Shown: positions 1 to 12,912, numbered from the whole stretch's first letter. The stretch: 62,765 bases of DNA, filler included, from Sphacelaria rigidula (GCA_964200075.2; 11 parts of 11 records of this genome joined end to end with filler, not necessarily neighbours in it), one strand, 5' to 3'. The notes: generated from the letters alone by a model not told the origin. Numbers and translations: made by a program.

Positions 1-3000
1 AATCCCGGGGAGCGGTTGATTCTCATTTCAAAATACGTTCTCATTTTTCTGGCAACCCTGTTTTTTGTCTGCCACAAGGAGAGGCCTAAACCGACGACGA
101 TGGACAGAGGAAAAGAAAAACAGCGCTTTTTTTTGTGCTATAAAAATGAAAGACCTGGAAATTTGTCTTTTTGGTTCTTGTACGTTTCCCGCCTTACAAG
201 GGAGCTAGACAGACCTTGCTGTACTCTTTGAGGCGGTTTCAGCACACGTGCGTGTTTTTCTGGTTGCCGCATTTCCTTTTCTTGCCCGAACTTGTGTTTG
301 TCTCGGAGACTGAAATCATCTCAGAACTTGGGATTTTTTTCCGCACTCGACCTGTGCCTTGAGCCTGAAGCATACTATTCCAGGTGTGCCATTCCAGGTG
401 ACATCAGCCTAACCCTCTTTCCCGAGCTTGAAACCACTAAGGAAAGTCAAAATGCAGTATTTAACACGATATTCTTCAAGACATGAGATGGGAGATCATA
501 GGTGACATTTTTCACAACTTGGCCGTTTGTCGTTGAAAACGTAAGTTTGGCCGGAAACAAACTGATGCAACCGGACGACGCAGAGGTGCCGTGGAATGGT
601 CTCAGCGAGTAGAGCAAGCCATTCCAAGGGGCCAACGTTCGCCCAGCCCTACTCTCTGGCGTGAAACGACGGAGAAGGGCCAAAAAGTAAGTTTACAGGA
701 TGTAGCTCTTTTTTTACAAATGAGAAGTGGCTGTAGACCGTTTCCTATTTCTGTTATTATGCGTTTGTTTTTTCAGTTTGGGGACGTTTATTCTAGTTTT
801 CCGCCGCCAAACATGGATCATCGCCATCACTTGTCTTGGATACTTCGCATCACGCCACCGAGAGGAGCCTAGACCATCTTCCCGATAAGCCTCGCTGCGA
901 GGTTTTGAGAATGCCCCCAAAATTCCATGTGAACACGAAAATACACGCGAGGAAAAACCCCGAAGTACTTGGATTAACTGCAGACGCCGTATTTGCTCAT
1001 GTCCAGCTAGATTGTTTCCCAGAGTCTGTTGTCGAAATCTCGAGCCAGGCGGATCTGGTAGGTAAGACATGTTGATGGGGTGATGCAAATGTGCAAGATA
1101 TGTCAAGGCGATGTTCCCTGTTTGGGTGCGAAAAGCTGGGTCAAACGTCCCACACTGAAGAATCTGCCCGATGTGTGTCAAGCGTTCATCGCGGGTATCG
1201 CACACATTATTACTGCAATTCACGCGAAGTACATGATAAGAAAAGAGGGTATTATGCTTTCTCGAGCATTCTCGTTCTCATCCCTTGAACGCAGACGCCC
1301 TGGTGCCCCCCACGCAGACCCAAACTCATATTCAAGGCACCTGGATCAATCCTTGCCGGCTACTACATTCAGGTCCCACAAATACGCTTTTTTTGTACTA
1401 TCGGGCGCAAACCAAACGACTCAAGTCGTGAATTAGGAAATGTTCATTTTATTTACATGTGTATCTGTCTTGAGAATAAATTGCGTTTTGTCGACGTGCT
1501 CTTGTCCCTCCACAGGTGAGTGCCCCACTCTTGACCTTCGCGCTGGCAGAGATGGAAATGTCAACGCTACAGTCGAATTTAAACATCCGGGAGTGCGTGC
1601 AGAGAAGATTGGCGAGTCCTGGGTATCCATGAACAACGGGGGATACGCACCCGCAACCCAGCGGGCGTTCCAGACAGAGTGAGTGTTACAAGTACAAGGG
1701 GATAGCCTATGGAGATATCACAATAATGAAGACTTCTCCTGGGCAAGGGACGCACATGTTGACTATATCACGCCACCAGTACAGGCGTTGGCGTTGTCTC
1801 TGGACCTTCTGTGCGCACAAGTGTTCGACCGGACGTCTGTATACCCTAACCCTATACCTCCATGACGCCATTCCTCTGTCTCGGTGATATTTAGGACGTA
1901 CGTGGAGCCAGATGCTGGGATTCTTCATGGGAGGAAATCGCCCAGTGTCGGGACTGAGATAACGTACGGCAGCAGATCTCTCCCTGCAGCACGGACCAGG
2001 CGCAGTTTATCTGCCCGTACCTGGCGAAGCAAACCGGTACTAGTTGAAATATATGTGCCCTGGTGATTGGTTCTCAGCTTAACCCAGGAGATTGTTGGAA
2101 GAAAAAATCTGTGCGGAAAATTGCATAGTTTTTAGCACTCCACCGCTCATCCTGGAGCACGTTCGATCCTCGGAGTTGAAGATGAGGCGACAACCGGCGT
2201 CCGCTTCACGTTCTGAAATATAATCATCTTTGTACTCAATATTGAACGACCTCCGGGCTGGATCGACGGGGGTCTTGTTGACCGTGTTAGGTCGTCAAGA
2301 GATATCTTCAGGCTGTAGCGCAACGGATATGTTGAAATGAAAAATACGGGTTTGCAAGTTTGTGTACGAGAGCTGTCACGATTATGCTATGCTCCGCACG
2401 GCCCGTCAATTTCGTGCTTTGGGAAGTTTCTGAGTTTGTGGTGAATTATTTCACGGCTGGAAATCCCTAGCGTCTATCGAGAGTTTGGAAGCAGAAGCAG
2501 ATCACCCTCATCGCATAATTCTCAAGTCGTTGTCGGGGTGGGAGCGGAGTAAACACCTTGTTTATCGTGGGATGTCGACCGTCACTGGTCGAAAAACCCA
2601 AGTTTTCGGACTCTGGCCCAAAGAACAGGTATACATAGAACAAAACTCTACTTCATTTGTTCACGACAACGGTTGGGGTTGCTTCCATAGATTGCTTCCA
2701 TCGAGCAAAAATACCGGAGGTTTACAAGCTACGAGTTCGTAGTCGCAGTGTTCCCCAATATTGAGTGTAGAGATCATGTTTCAGGAAATGGAGTGGATGC
2801 ATAGTATCTTTCAAACCCCGAACTTGAGGATCGAGTATTCTCGGGGGGTGAGCAGTGGCATGCCTGAAAGCTCATGTAAAACGCCACCTGCGAAAATATC
2901 ACGAAAGTACTGCAGTGTTTTCCCTGTGGCAAAGACTGCTGAACATCCGGTGTTTTTGTACATTTTTTGTCCAGCGCCATCACCTTTTCATCATATTTTC

Positions 3001-3390
3001 GCGGTGGTGTATGCATGGCGCGAGAACGATACTGTGGTGGTCCCTTTTTCCAGAGAATAACAATCAAACCCCATTCAATCCCAACCCCAAACCCAAAACG
3101 CAACTCACCATTCCTGAACAGTAATTGTTCCGACGCGCAGTTATAAATAATATATAATGCAATATTTCGGAATGGGGGTTGGATTTAGGTCGGGGTGGGA
3201 TGGTTTGGATTATTATTTTTTGGGACAGGGAAATACAAGATTATATAGATAATCTCGTTTACATAGATAACCTCGGTTACTTAGATAACCTCGGTTACAA
3301 ATGATATTTGTAGCGACGCACACATCATACACTTGATAACGCCACACAAGAGTAACTACGTGTCATGCCGTCTTTCCTTTCCCACGGTAG

Positions 3391-3830
3391 GTGTGTCGAC
3401 GAGCTGTAGGCTGCGCGGAGGAAAGATCTCCGATACGTTTTCTGTACGACAGGCTTCCGGGACAGGCCCGGCCGCAACAGCGAGCAAGGTGGCCACGCAG
3501 GGTGCGACCGACGAGGCCGCACCATCATCTAACGAGTCGGACGAAGACGGTAAATTCGCCTGTGGCCGTGACGACGCAGGGTTGTCTCCCGCCGACGCCG
3601 ACAGTGGAAGCGTATTCTAACCCGACGCCGGCGACGGAGATACCTCTGAAAACAACGAAGACGACTTGTAAACTCCGGCGATGGTTGGTCTCGGCGCAGT
3701 ATATCCATCGAGCGTGCTGACCAGGGGGCGAGGATACGCGGGCGCACCCTCCCGGTTTCGGTAGCCGCGGTGCTATAGCCATCCAGGGAGAGCAAAACGC
3801 CTCCACTCTACGACGTCATCAGCCGGGACT
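3391..3830 (+). pseudogene. Possible degenerate exon (acidic, Ala/Ser/Asp-rich)
   Basis: Pyrimidine tract + AG at 3389-3390, then GC-rich coding-like sequence (..GATDEAAPSSNESDEDGK..DADSGSVF*PDAGDGDTSENNEDDL*) interrupted by in-frame stops. No recognisable family. Confidence 0.25.
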
Positions 3831-4729
3831 AAGTAGAGTGACAACGTTACGACGCTACGCTATGTTTTCAAAATGGCGAGGACAGACTTCTGCGAGTGTC
3901 GATTTTGTTTGATGGAATAAATCTAGGGACCTGCGATTGAGGGAGGGGCAGCACGTTTTGCGCCCCGAGTGTGCTGCCTTTGTGAATTCTTATGAGCTCG
4001 AGTGATCATGTGCCTCTTGCGCCGCGGAGCTTCATGGAATTGCTGGCGGTACCATGGTTCACACGATGACTCTCAAACTGTAATCGTACAATGTAATGTG
4101 TGGGGGCTTTCTCGTAGTATGGCGCGATCACTATCTTGTGTTTGAGCTGGACGTTTTTGTACGTGTGAGCAGACGAACGTTACGAGAGTGATTACAGGAG
4201 AAAAAAGCCCGCGTTTTTTATTTTGGGGGGGGGGTTATGGCAGAACAGACAAAACATGGTGAGTGATACATCTTGTCGCATGTGGTTGATATATATATAT
4301 ATATATATGTATGTGTATGTATATATGTGATTCCGGAGATGATTTGATATAAATATATGAACGTACACAGCTACGGCTCAACCATATTGCATGGGTCGGC
4401 AGGTCTCAGCAGTGGTTGCCATTTCTGGGTCTCGCCTTGCTCATGGTCCGCCAAACGGGGCTGTGCACGTCCTAGCGTTGTAAATGGCATCCGTGGTTAT
4501 TACGGAGGACAAGACTCGACCTTGCACGTGGCCCGACTTCGGGATTTCCTCGACAGGGTCCATGCTTGATTAGGCTTCCTGTATACATTTCACCCGGCAC
4601 AACGTTCGACGTTCTCCATCGTCCGCAGTCTCGGATACCTTGGTAGATGACATGGTCTATCGGAGTCTTGTGAAAAACACAAACTTGGCAGGGTACTCTT
4701 CCCTATATGAGGGAGGGTTCCATCCTTGC

Positions 4730-5340
4730 GCAGGTTTCAACAAATCTGTTTCCTCGCACGAAGTCTCATGCTGTGCAGGGCCCGCACATTTGGATACCCT
4801 AGTAGATGGTGGTAACTTTCAAGGTCGTCTCAAGGATGAACCTTGAGAGGCATCGTCCCCTACACCCTGTGCAGGGTCCACAGCTGAACAGGGTCAATAA
4901 AATCTGACCCCTTGCACAAGGTTTCATGCTGTGCAGGGTCCGCACATTTGGATACCCTAGTAGGTGGTAGCACCTATCAAGGTCGTCGCGAAAATCAACC
5001 TTGACAGGTGTCGCCCCCGGCACCCTGTGCAGGGTCCACCGTTGTACAGGGTTGAAAAAATCTGCCTCCTTGCACAAGGTCTCATGCTGTGCAGGGTCCG
5101 CACATTTGGATACCCTAGTAGGTGGTGGCACCTGCCAGGGTCGTCGCAAAAATCAACCTTGACAGGTGTCGCCCACTACACCCTGTGCAGGGTCCACCGT
5201 TGTACAGGGTTGAAAAAATCTGCCTCCTGGTACAGGGTCTCATGCTGTGCAGGGTCCGCACATTTGGATACCCTGAAAGGTGGTAGCACCTGCCAGGGTT
5301 GTCGCAAAAATCAACCTTGACAGGATGTTGTCCCTTCGAC
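4730..5340. repeat. Tandem array of a 158-bp unit, about 4 copies
   Basis: CATGCTGTGCAGGG[T/C]CCGCACATTTGGATACCCT starts at 4767, 4925, 5083 and 5241 (exact 158-bp spacing). Each full unit has a second CTGTGCAGGGTCC sub-repeat. Confidence 0.93.
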
Positions 5341-5616
5341 CCTGCAGCTGTAGCCGAATGTCCACCTGTGTATTTGGAGTTGTTCATCCCGGTCTGCACC
5401 GGCACAGCACGCGGGCGTAACTTTTCCAAAGCCAGCGGATACAAATCTACCCCGAGTTCCTTCATAGTCGCCATGCCAAACAACACCACGTTGTCGTTGC
5501 CAGGCATGACCGCGAAAGTGATTGGCGACATCTCCACAGCACCCCACGGCGTTCGCACGCTTACAGCAATAGGCACCGTTTTATGAGAAATAGTCACGGG
5601 CGCACCCGTGGCGCTC
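5340..5616 (-). mobile_element. Ty3/Gypsy LTR-retrotransposon aspartic protease fragment (C-terminal half), cut by contig end
   Basis: SATGAPVTISHKTVPIAVSVRTPWGAVEMSPITFAVMPGNDNVVLFGMATMKELGVDLY resembles the retropepsin flap and C-terminal 'F.V.PG.D.V.L.G...L..LG' motif. The catalytic DSG/DTG would lie beyond the contig end. No RT follows. Confidence 0.7.
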
Positions 5617-5716
5617 NNNNNNNNNNNNNNNNNNNNNNNNNNNNNNNNNNNNNNNNNNNNTTAATTAATTAANNNNNNNNNNNNNNNNNNNNNNNNNNNN
5701 NNNNNNNNNNNNNNNN
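5617..5716. other. Artificial contig spacer (44 N + TTAATTAATTAA + 44 N); first of 10
   Basis: The same 100-bp six-frame-stop linker recurs at 11332-11431, 17047-17146, 22762-22861, 28477-28576, 34192-34291, 39907-40006, 45622-45721, 51337-51436 and 57052-57151. Intervening contigs are 5616, 5615 (x9) and 5614 bp, as expected for a size-sorted concatenation. Confidence 0.98.
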
Positions 5717-5832
5717 CAGACTCCTGTGTTCCCCGAAAACACAGTTCAGACCTACCGCAGTTGTTTAGGTTGCGGTGTTGTGGTGTTGGCGACGGAGGTA
5801 CCAACTCCGGCCACGTCCTGCAATCACCCGGG

Positions 5833-6330
5833 TCAGATGTATTCACCCTCTCTGGCATGCTCGACGCAGTAGACGCTGACCATCCCCTCTCTGGCATGTT
5901 TGACACAGAATTCGGCTTTCCTGCTGTCAACCATGCCGTACGACGGCACGCTGGAGTAGCCGTCGTCGCTGCACACTTTGCTCTTGACGTTGATCATTCC
6001 CTCTCGGGTATGCTTGGCACAGAATCTGGCATCTATGCTGCCCACCACACCATAAGACGGCACGCTGGAGCAGCCGTCGTTGTCGCATACTCTGCTCTCG
6101 ATGTTGACCTATCCCTCTTTGACATGCTTGGCATAAAATTCGGCATCTCCGCTGTCCACCACGCTGTACGACGGATGTGTGGAGTAGGCGTCAATGCCGC
6201 ACACTTTGCCCGTCACGTTGACCAACCCTGCTCTGGCATGCTCGGCGCAAAATTCCGCCTTCGTGCTACCATTTACACTGTGAGGCGACCTTGATGTGCA
6301 CTTTGCATCGGCCCAAACTCGAGAACTCAT
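5833..6330 (-). pseudogene. EsV-1-7 cysteine-rich repeat protein, disrupted
   Basis: Four 114-nt (38-aa) repeats of consensus C..DGC...PSYG..GS..AEFCAKHA.EGMVNV.SKV. The two track ORFs (6109-6330 and 5833-6063) are in the same frame, separated by TAG at 6109-6111 where other repeats have ATG/TTG (G*V vs GMV/GLV). Several conserved Cys have become Tyr. Confidence 0.88.
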
Positions 6331-7639
6331 CCTCTACAAAATTTTATCGTAGACCAATCCGGTGACTGATATGATGCCCGCTTCCAACCAGCCAACCACG
6401 AGGGGCAACTGAGTCTTACGGTACCACGAGCCACCTGGACACGCGTCGTTAACGGGCAGCGTTCCCAGAGAACAAGAGGACAATGTGTTATACTCCTCTC
6501 GCCAACAAGGTTAGCCGCAGTGCAGTCTACTCTCGCCCCCTAACTGCAAACGAGAAGGAATGAAGAAATGATCCAGCGCGGATTGTTAGCGATGAAGATT
6601 TCTTTGCCGTCGATATCATGGCAGTACGAATTACCTGGTATATGCGAGCGATGGGGCGACCGTGAGCTCGACGCTGCTGTAGCCCAGTGGCGCTACGGTC
6701 GTGGAGTATCATCAGTAGAACTAGGCGGTGTCTACTTTAGCACCCCTGCTGGGAATATACGATGTATACTCATCAAGAGCCATGTGTTTGGCAACAATAC
6801 TCTCAAGTACGAATGATCCACATCATAGGCAAGCCACTTCACCAAGTTTTGGGTTCAGCGCATATGTCCCAAATATGAACCCAACATTATATTCAAGAAG
6901 CACAAACAATTAACAAAAACGTCGAACCGGCTGAATTGGAGAAAGCGTTGCACGGTGGGGTGGAGAGACAGCTGTCCTCGCGGGGTGGAGTCGTGTCTCC
7001 CCTCGTATTCTGTAACGTACAAATGCCAATGTCATGCGACGAAATTCGTTGCTGGAATATTTCATCCATCTGCAACGGGAAAGAACAAACAGTCCCCCAC
7101 CCGGTAATGAAATCAAAGGGATTCCCTCGTCACTATCACGCATTCCCTCTCCAAATACGCTCTCGCCAAAAAATTACACGGGACGCCACGGATATGTCGA
7201 CGGGACCCTGCACTACACGGTTTGTGATATAAGTGAACATATTCCGAAAAATGTTTACCCTACAGTACAGACTTCGTGCACACAGCGTAGTGGGCGGCAC
7301 AGTCGGTCGGTTGAGGTATGTGAGGCTTTCATAAGCGGGTGAATGAATGCCTCCAAGGCTGGAAAGCTTGCACAAGCCAAAAGGGCCGGCCGGGGTTTGC
7401 AGAGGGACAGCAACAGTAACTTGTCAATGGCTGACTCTTCACCTCCGGTTGCTCTCCTTCAGAGTGCGATTTAGGTGCAATACACAGTCGTAGATGATGC
7501 TTGTCAAATGCGTGTGAAAACAGGTGAACCTTTGTCCGTGCATGCAATAAAGAGTCAGCACCACATAGGGCATAAGCATCACCGCGTTTCTTTTGGTTCA
7601 TGTACGAGCAGATTGGAGTGGGGAAAAGACTTGAATATC

Positions 7640-8345
7640 ACAGGACGAGATTCGTTCGTCCCGTGAGGCTCGGGGTGGGAGTGTTACGGAACGATATTTG
7701 TTCGGTTGGCGACATCAAGGGACGGGATTTTGCGTGCGTTCCGTCCATCGTGTTTATCGGTGACGTCTGTCCCCTCCACTTCGTACACATTGAATGCCTC
7801 GTCTTGTCGGTTCATTGTGGGGACAACGAGGTTTCCCAGCCGTCCGTTTTTGCGGATATAACGGTCCCGTCCAGTCCCGTCCATCGTTTATTCCCAGGGC
7901 GCGTCGACGGGAAATTCCACGGCAAGCGAAAGGATGCAGACTTTCGTCCCGTCTCATCGTGTCATTGGTGACGGGAAAACGTTGCCACACCTAAGCGTGG
8001 TATATTTGGCGGAGGCAACGTACTCCCATCCTGTTGTGACCAAATGGGAGGACGTTCCTGCCTCATCCCGTCCTCAGAGGAAAGTACTCCATAATTTTTT
8101 AGCAAAACCCCATTGCATTTTTCGGGATTTCCTCTTGATGGAACATGAATCCCCATCCAAACAAGAGAGAACTGGAGTATAACTTGGGACGTCTGAGCCA
8201 GGATGTGGACACATGTTGGTTTTCGGGTTCCAGTCCCTGCCGCAGCCCAATGATATATTTTATATCAAGGCAGAAAAAGTCACGACAATCGTCAGGTTTC
8301 GTCACAGGACTTCGAGACGGGACGGGACCTGTTTTCATCACTACT
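7640..8345. repeat. Degenerate repeat rich in CCCGTC/GGGACG motifs (probable DNA-transposon remnant); related tract at 9380-9620
   Basis: Many dispersed CGTCCCGTC / GACGGGAC motifs in both orientations. No coding homology recognised. Confidence 0.45.
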
Positions 8346-11159
8346 TTGCTGCGGTTATCGGGTTTCGTGCATCAAACCCGGTGGCCGTTTCCTCGTGAAC
8401 ATGTGCAAGCATCGGTCCATTATCACCACGTGAGGGCGCTTGTTTCGGCGGGGTTGGACCGACGTTGATGCGAACGGACCTCGATTCTGTGGAACTCCCA
8501 ATTTCTTCAAAATCTTGGGGGACTAATATTTGCGAAACTCAGAGCCATGGGAACCGTTTTATGGTCTCACCGATTTGTGATTTTTTTCTGTGCACAGCCA
8601 TTTTCTGCATGAGTGTGGCATCCTGTACTCATGAAGCCGAAGAGCAGGCAGGCGGTGAATAATCCTTCGAGTACAGGGTCGTACCGTGGTACCCTAGAGT
8701 AGTACAGTGCAAGACACTTCACCACTACAGTATATGATGACGCCGTGTGGTAATACATGATGGCGTAGTCGGTATCGCGAAAATAGAGAACAGTGTGCGA
8801 AAAGCGTTCAGTAGTGCAGTGCCACACATCACCCTGAGTGTTGAGCGACAACAGATTAGGATAGCACAGTACCGTTCGTTATGGTGATACACATGGCCGC
8901 GCAGTGCGGCAAAACATATTATACCATCGTTACAGGATATGGCGTCACCACTTCTTGTCCGCTTGAAAAACCCAGCCTGAAGCTGCTTCAGCAGCTGGCG
9001 CGGGCAGGCACGCCCTGCGCTGTCACAGGACTCTTTTCTGCTGCGGTTGCGAAAATAACAAACGCCTCTTATCCTACCATCATACGTCAATGTACGTACG
9101 CCACCTTCCTCAAAGCGGGGGGATCTCAGCTTTACCCCGATTTTTGCGACAAATCGGCAACAACCATTCTCAAATAGTGGCATACCGATTTTCGCTTCCT
9201 CGACTCGGCTCAGATTGGGGTCCATGAAATGCGCTTCCCGATTTTCGGTCCCCCGATCTGCGTACAAATCGACATTGGTGACTGCCATAAAAGTCGGTCT
9301 TATACATATATTTTGAGGATGAAACAGGACGGATACGGAAATCTCATGAGAACTTTCCAGTGAGGACGAATTGGAAGGGATTCCTGTCCCGTCCCGTCCC
9401 GTCAGTCTGAAATAGTTGCGCGCCGTCAGTCCCCAGAATGTATTGTCCCGTCCGGCCCCGTCGTTCTCGTGGCGACCGGAATGCATTCACATCCCGTCTC
9501 ATTGCTTATTTGTTCATTTTTGACAACAGAAAGCCGGTCTCGTGCCGTCCCGAAGTCCCGGGACAAGCTCCGGTTTGCCAGGGGTGGCATTCCATCTCGT
9601 TTCACCCCGTCGTTCCGTGACAGCTCATACTTATTTTCAGATATTTCAAGCAAGCACTAGGCTCCCTTGGGTTTCCCACTCTCAGCAAGATCATGACGAA
9701 TTTTACAGATACACAACAAAACGACGTCTTCCGCTAGCCCCACCAGCTCCGGATACGAGTATCGGTTGTGGATTTCTGTGCAACAGGACGCCCCATTGGT
9801 GCGATCGGAGCACGGGTGGAGAGGAGTTAGGCCCCGGTGGGCGAGCAGTACTTTCATGAGTTTCGGGAGTGCCCTACGTGTGTTTGGCGCTGCGTTAAAC
9901 GCAGAAACGATTTTTCTGTCAATGTCTAGCCGGTGGCCTACTCAGACTACAGGCGTACCTGCATGTGTGGTGCACTGTACATTTTTTGTCTGTGCTACTG
10001 ATTTACGTCATGTTTCGCATTTTCAGGTATTCATGCTACGATTTTTCATTCGCCTTTCGACACAGAATCGCGGCTTGCTTGTGGTAAAAGGCTTTGTTCA
10101 CCTGTTCTACTTCAACTCATGTTCAAGTTTCATCTTTGTTCAGAGGTGCATACACGACTATTCAACTCTCTCAAGCCTGGAGAACGACAAAATGGGACCT
10201 TCTACTTGGTTACTAGAAAATAGTGCGTATCAAAAAGCAACAAGCACTCCAACAAGAGGTTGCAGTCAGCACGGCTCAAATCCGGTACACTTCGTACAAT
10301 ACAGTGAGCACGCTGGGGCACGGTACAGTAGAGAATAGTACACAGTCCTATTTGTCTGTGTGCGGACCTGTCACCGACAGACGTAGCTCCAACAACACGT
10401 CAGGGCGTCGTGCCTCAAGCAATATACCACGGTACTCTACTTGAGTTGGCTGGGACTTGCTCAAGCAAGCTGATGATGATCGTGTCCTCTGACCATGCTG
10501 CCACTGCCGGCTGATCGGGGTACGTGGGAGTGCTAGATACAACCATTACTACGGCAGTCGATCATGGCGCGTTGGCCGTTGCTTTGGTGTTGCTCGCGGC
10601 TCATGAGTGTGTTCTTGTCGGGGTCGGTCTTGGTGTGGGGTGGTTCACCCACAAGACGAGGGTCGTAGGGGTTTAGAAATCAGGGATCGAATCCCAAACA
10701 AAAATCAAGTCGCACAGGAGAAGCGTGTATGACCCTATGCTACAATCAAGCAACATTTGCTTCAGAGGTCCGGCCAACACGATGTCAACACCGTGGAACT
10801 GCAGTGGCATCAGTAACTGGGAACGCTACGGGCTGGGCCAGCCTGGAGGCGGATTTGTAGTTTGTGGGCCCATTCGTTGGCCAATGTTTAGAGTTGAACC
10901 CTGACATTTGGTATGGACAATAAATAGGGCAAAATCGTAAAATTGCGCGTGGATCCAAACATTTACTCATTTTTTCATGAGTTGAGGCCGTTTCTTCCGG
11001 TACGTATTTTGTTTGGCTCGTATTTTCCATTTTTAGGACATTTGAAAAGGTTTTTGACCCCCGAACAGGGAAAATCGCCACCACACGTCTTGGGCACCTT
11101 GTATCACCGCACCGAGAGAAGCCTAGCCCACTTTTCCGATTTGCTTGGGTCAGAGATTT

Positions 11160-11331
11160 CGAGAGCGTCCTCTGGACAAAAATACGAGGAAAACATATTT
11201 TGCACAGTGTGAAAACTAAACATATTTTGCACAGTGTGAAAACTAAACATATTTTGCACAGTGTGAAAACTAATACCTGCAGCCTGTGCAAAATATGTTT
11301 TCCTCGTATTTTTGTCCAGAGGACGCTCTCG
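11160..11331. repeat. Perfect 48-bp inverted repeat enclosing 27-bp tandem repeats (foldback-like), at contig end
   Basis: 11160-11207 (CGAGAGCGTCC...TTTTGCACAG) is the exact reverse complement of 11284-11331. AAACATATTTTGCACAGTGTGAAAACT occurs 3 times in tandem, the first copy overlapping the left arm. Confidence 0.9.
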
Positions 11332-11431
11332 NNNNNNNNNNNNNNNNNNNNNNNNNNNNNNNNNNNNNNNNNNNNTTAATTAATTAANNNNNNNNNNNNN
11401 NNNNNNNNNNNNNNNNNNNNNNNNNNNNNNN

Positions 11432-11487
11432 AATGTCCCCTAGCTCGACTCTGTACACGAGTCACCCTACCCATCCGGGTGTCGGTC
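11432..11487 (+). repeat. Short dispersed repeat family (probable retroposon end); copies at 19096-19150 and 45729-45785
   Basis: ATGTCCCCT[A/G]GCTCGACTCTGTA[C/T]ACGAGTCACCCTACCCATCCGGG..TCGGTC is near-identical in three different contigs. It contains the small stem-loop GACTC-N7-GAGTC. Confidence 0.8.
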
Positions 11488-12521
11488 CTCTTTTCCCAGG
11501 TACTCTGGAATGCGCGGTACTTCCAGTAGTCGATACTCGAGGTCCCCTGAATTATTTCGTACTTCGTAGGAGCCCGTACTGTGTTCGTATGTTATTGTGC
11601 TCATGTAGACCCCTGCAAGTGTGTATCGGACTGTGCTGCCTGAGGTGTGCACAGAGTGCACGTCCCTTTCAAGATTAGACCGCAAATATCCACAGGTGAA
11701 GAATCGGCGCCGGTGTAATGCTGTGATAGGTTGTACGGCACACCGTATCACGATGCAAAATACTGTACCCTGTGCAGGTTATCGTCCATATTTGGGGATA
11801 GGTATTATATTCCAGGGACTCCCGGAATACCCGGGTATTTCAAGGAGTCCATGACCCCCTGGACTCTCAAGTACGCGGTATTTTGGGCAGTTGAGTACTC
11901 CTGGTGCTCGGGAGCACTGAGTGCTGAAAATACCCTGGGAATCCACTCGACCCAGATTATAATCGCCCTCTATTCTGATCACTCTTTGTAAACTTCCAAA
12001 GCGGAACTCTCGGACCTGACGGAGAAAACCTCCGATGCCGCTTTCCCAAATTGCGTTCCGGGGCCACTTGCATCCGTGGAAGTCATCGTACGATTCAGCA
12101 CCCACAGCTTTCTCCCTTCTTTTTGGTACAGGTGAGTACTAGGATACGCAACTCCACTTATCTCCAGTGTTGTAGCATTCCCCCAGTCTGTCTCAAAGGG
12201 GATGCGTGGTCAATGGCCACCTGACCGAGGGAAGCAGCAAATGAGTACGTCCCTCCACTTCCCACGCAAAACGCCAATACCCAACAGTAACATGAAGAGA
12301 AAAACAATCCACGTCTTCCTCGAGAATCAATCCACCAGTCATCTTCCAATCGGTCTATTCTCCAGCTGTTTCGCTTTGCGTGTTTGTTTTCGTGCTCTTT
12401 GTTCCAATACGTGGTGGCCCACCATTGTCGTCTTTCAACCCGTGTGCGATCTTGGTACTTCGCTGCTCCTCTTCCCTTTCCTTGTCCATTTCGATTGTCT
12501 CTGCTGTGTCGATGCCGTCAG

Positions 12522-12785
12522 ACGAGTACCAGGATCTGCGGCACCGATCCCCAGAAGAGAAGACCCACAAATGCCTTCTTCGACGACAACCGGTTATCTT
12601 CCAAATGCTGTACGATTAGAGCCGGTAACGGTTAGGGGGAGGCCATTGGCGACCGGAGATCGAGTGCGGGGCGCGACTGTGGCGACACCTCCGTTGCGCA
12701 AGCTCTTGTTCTCGGCGACACTGACAAGTAATCCCCAAAAACTGGCGGGTTTGGATGTGGTCAACCCTATCATCTACACCGCCAG
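12522..12785 (+). CDS. DDX51: DEAD-box RNA helicase DDX51/Dbp6, internal exon (motif III)
   Basis: Acceptor CAG ending 12521; donor GTGAG at 12786. Encodes ...PLRKLLFSATLTSNPQKLAGLDVVNPIIYTA, matching the DDX51-type 'KLLFSATLT.NP.KL..L.L..P' segment. Confidence 0.88.
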
Positions 12786-12875
12786 GTGAGGAGGGTGTTT
12801 GCCGCCGCCGCCGCCGCCGCTGCTGCTGCTGCTGCTGTGGTTTTGCGCATTGCATTGTTTGCTTCGATCTGTTTC

Positions 12876-12912
<37 letters not shown>

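Noticed and set aside
4730..5340. CRISPR-like array
   Set aside because: Whole 158-bp units are repeated, with no unique spacers and no cas genes, in a eukaryotic context.
5661..5672. TTAATTAATTAA recurring at a fixed 5,715-bp period as a biological repeat
   Set aside because: It is embedded in N-runs and gives stops in all six frames, so it is an assembly linker.
8725..9486. 253-aa minus-strand ORF
   Set aside because: It starts in a CCCGT-rich repeat and has no recognisable motif or convincing splice structure.
5717..11331. Integrated phaeovirus segment suggested by EsV-1-7
   Set aside because: There are no other viral genes or gene-dense intronless ORFs, and EsV-1-7 repeats are common in host genes.
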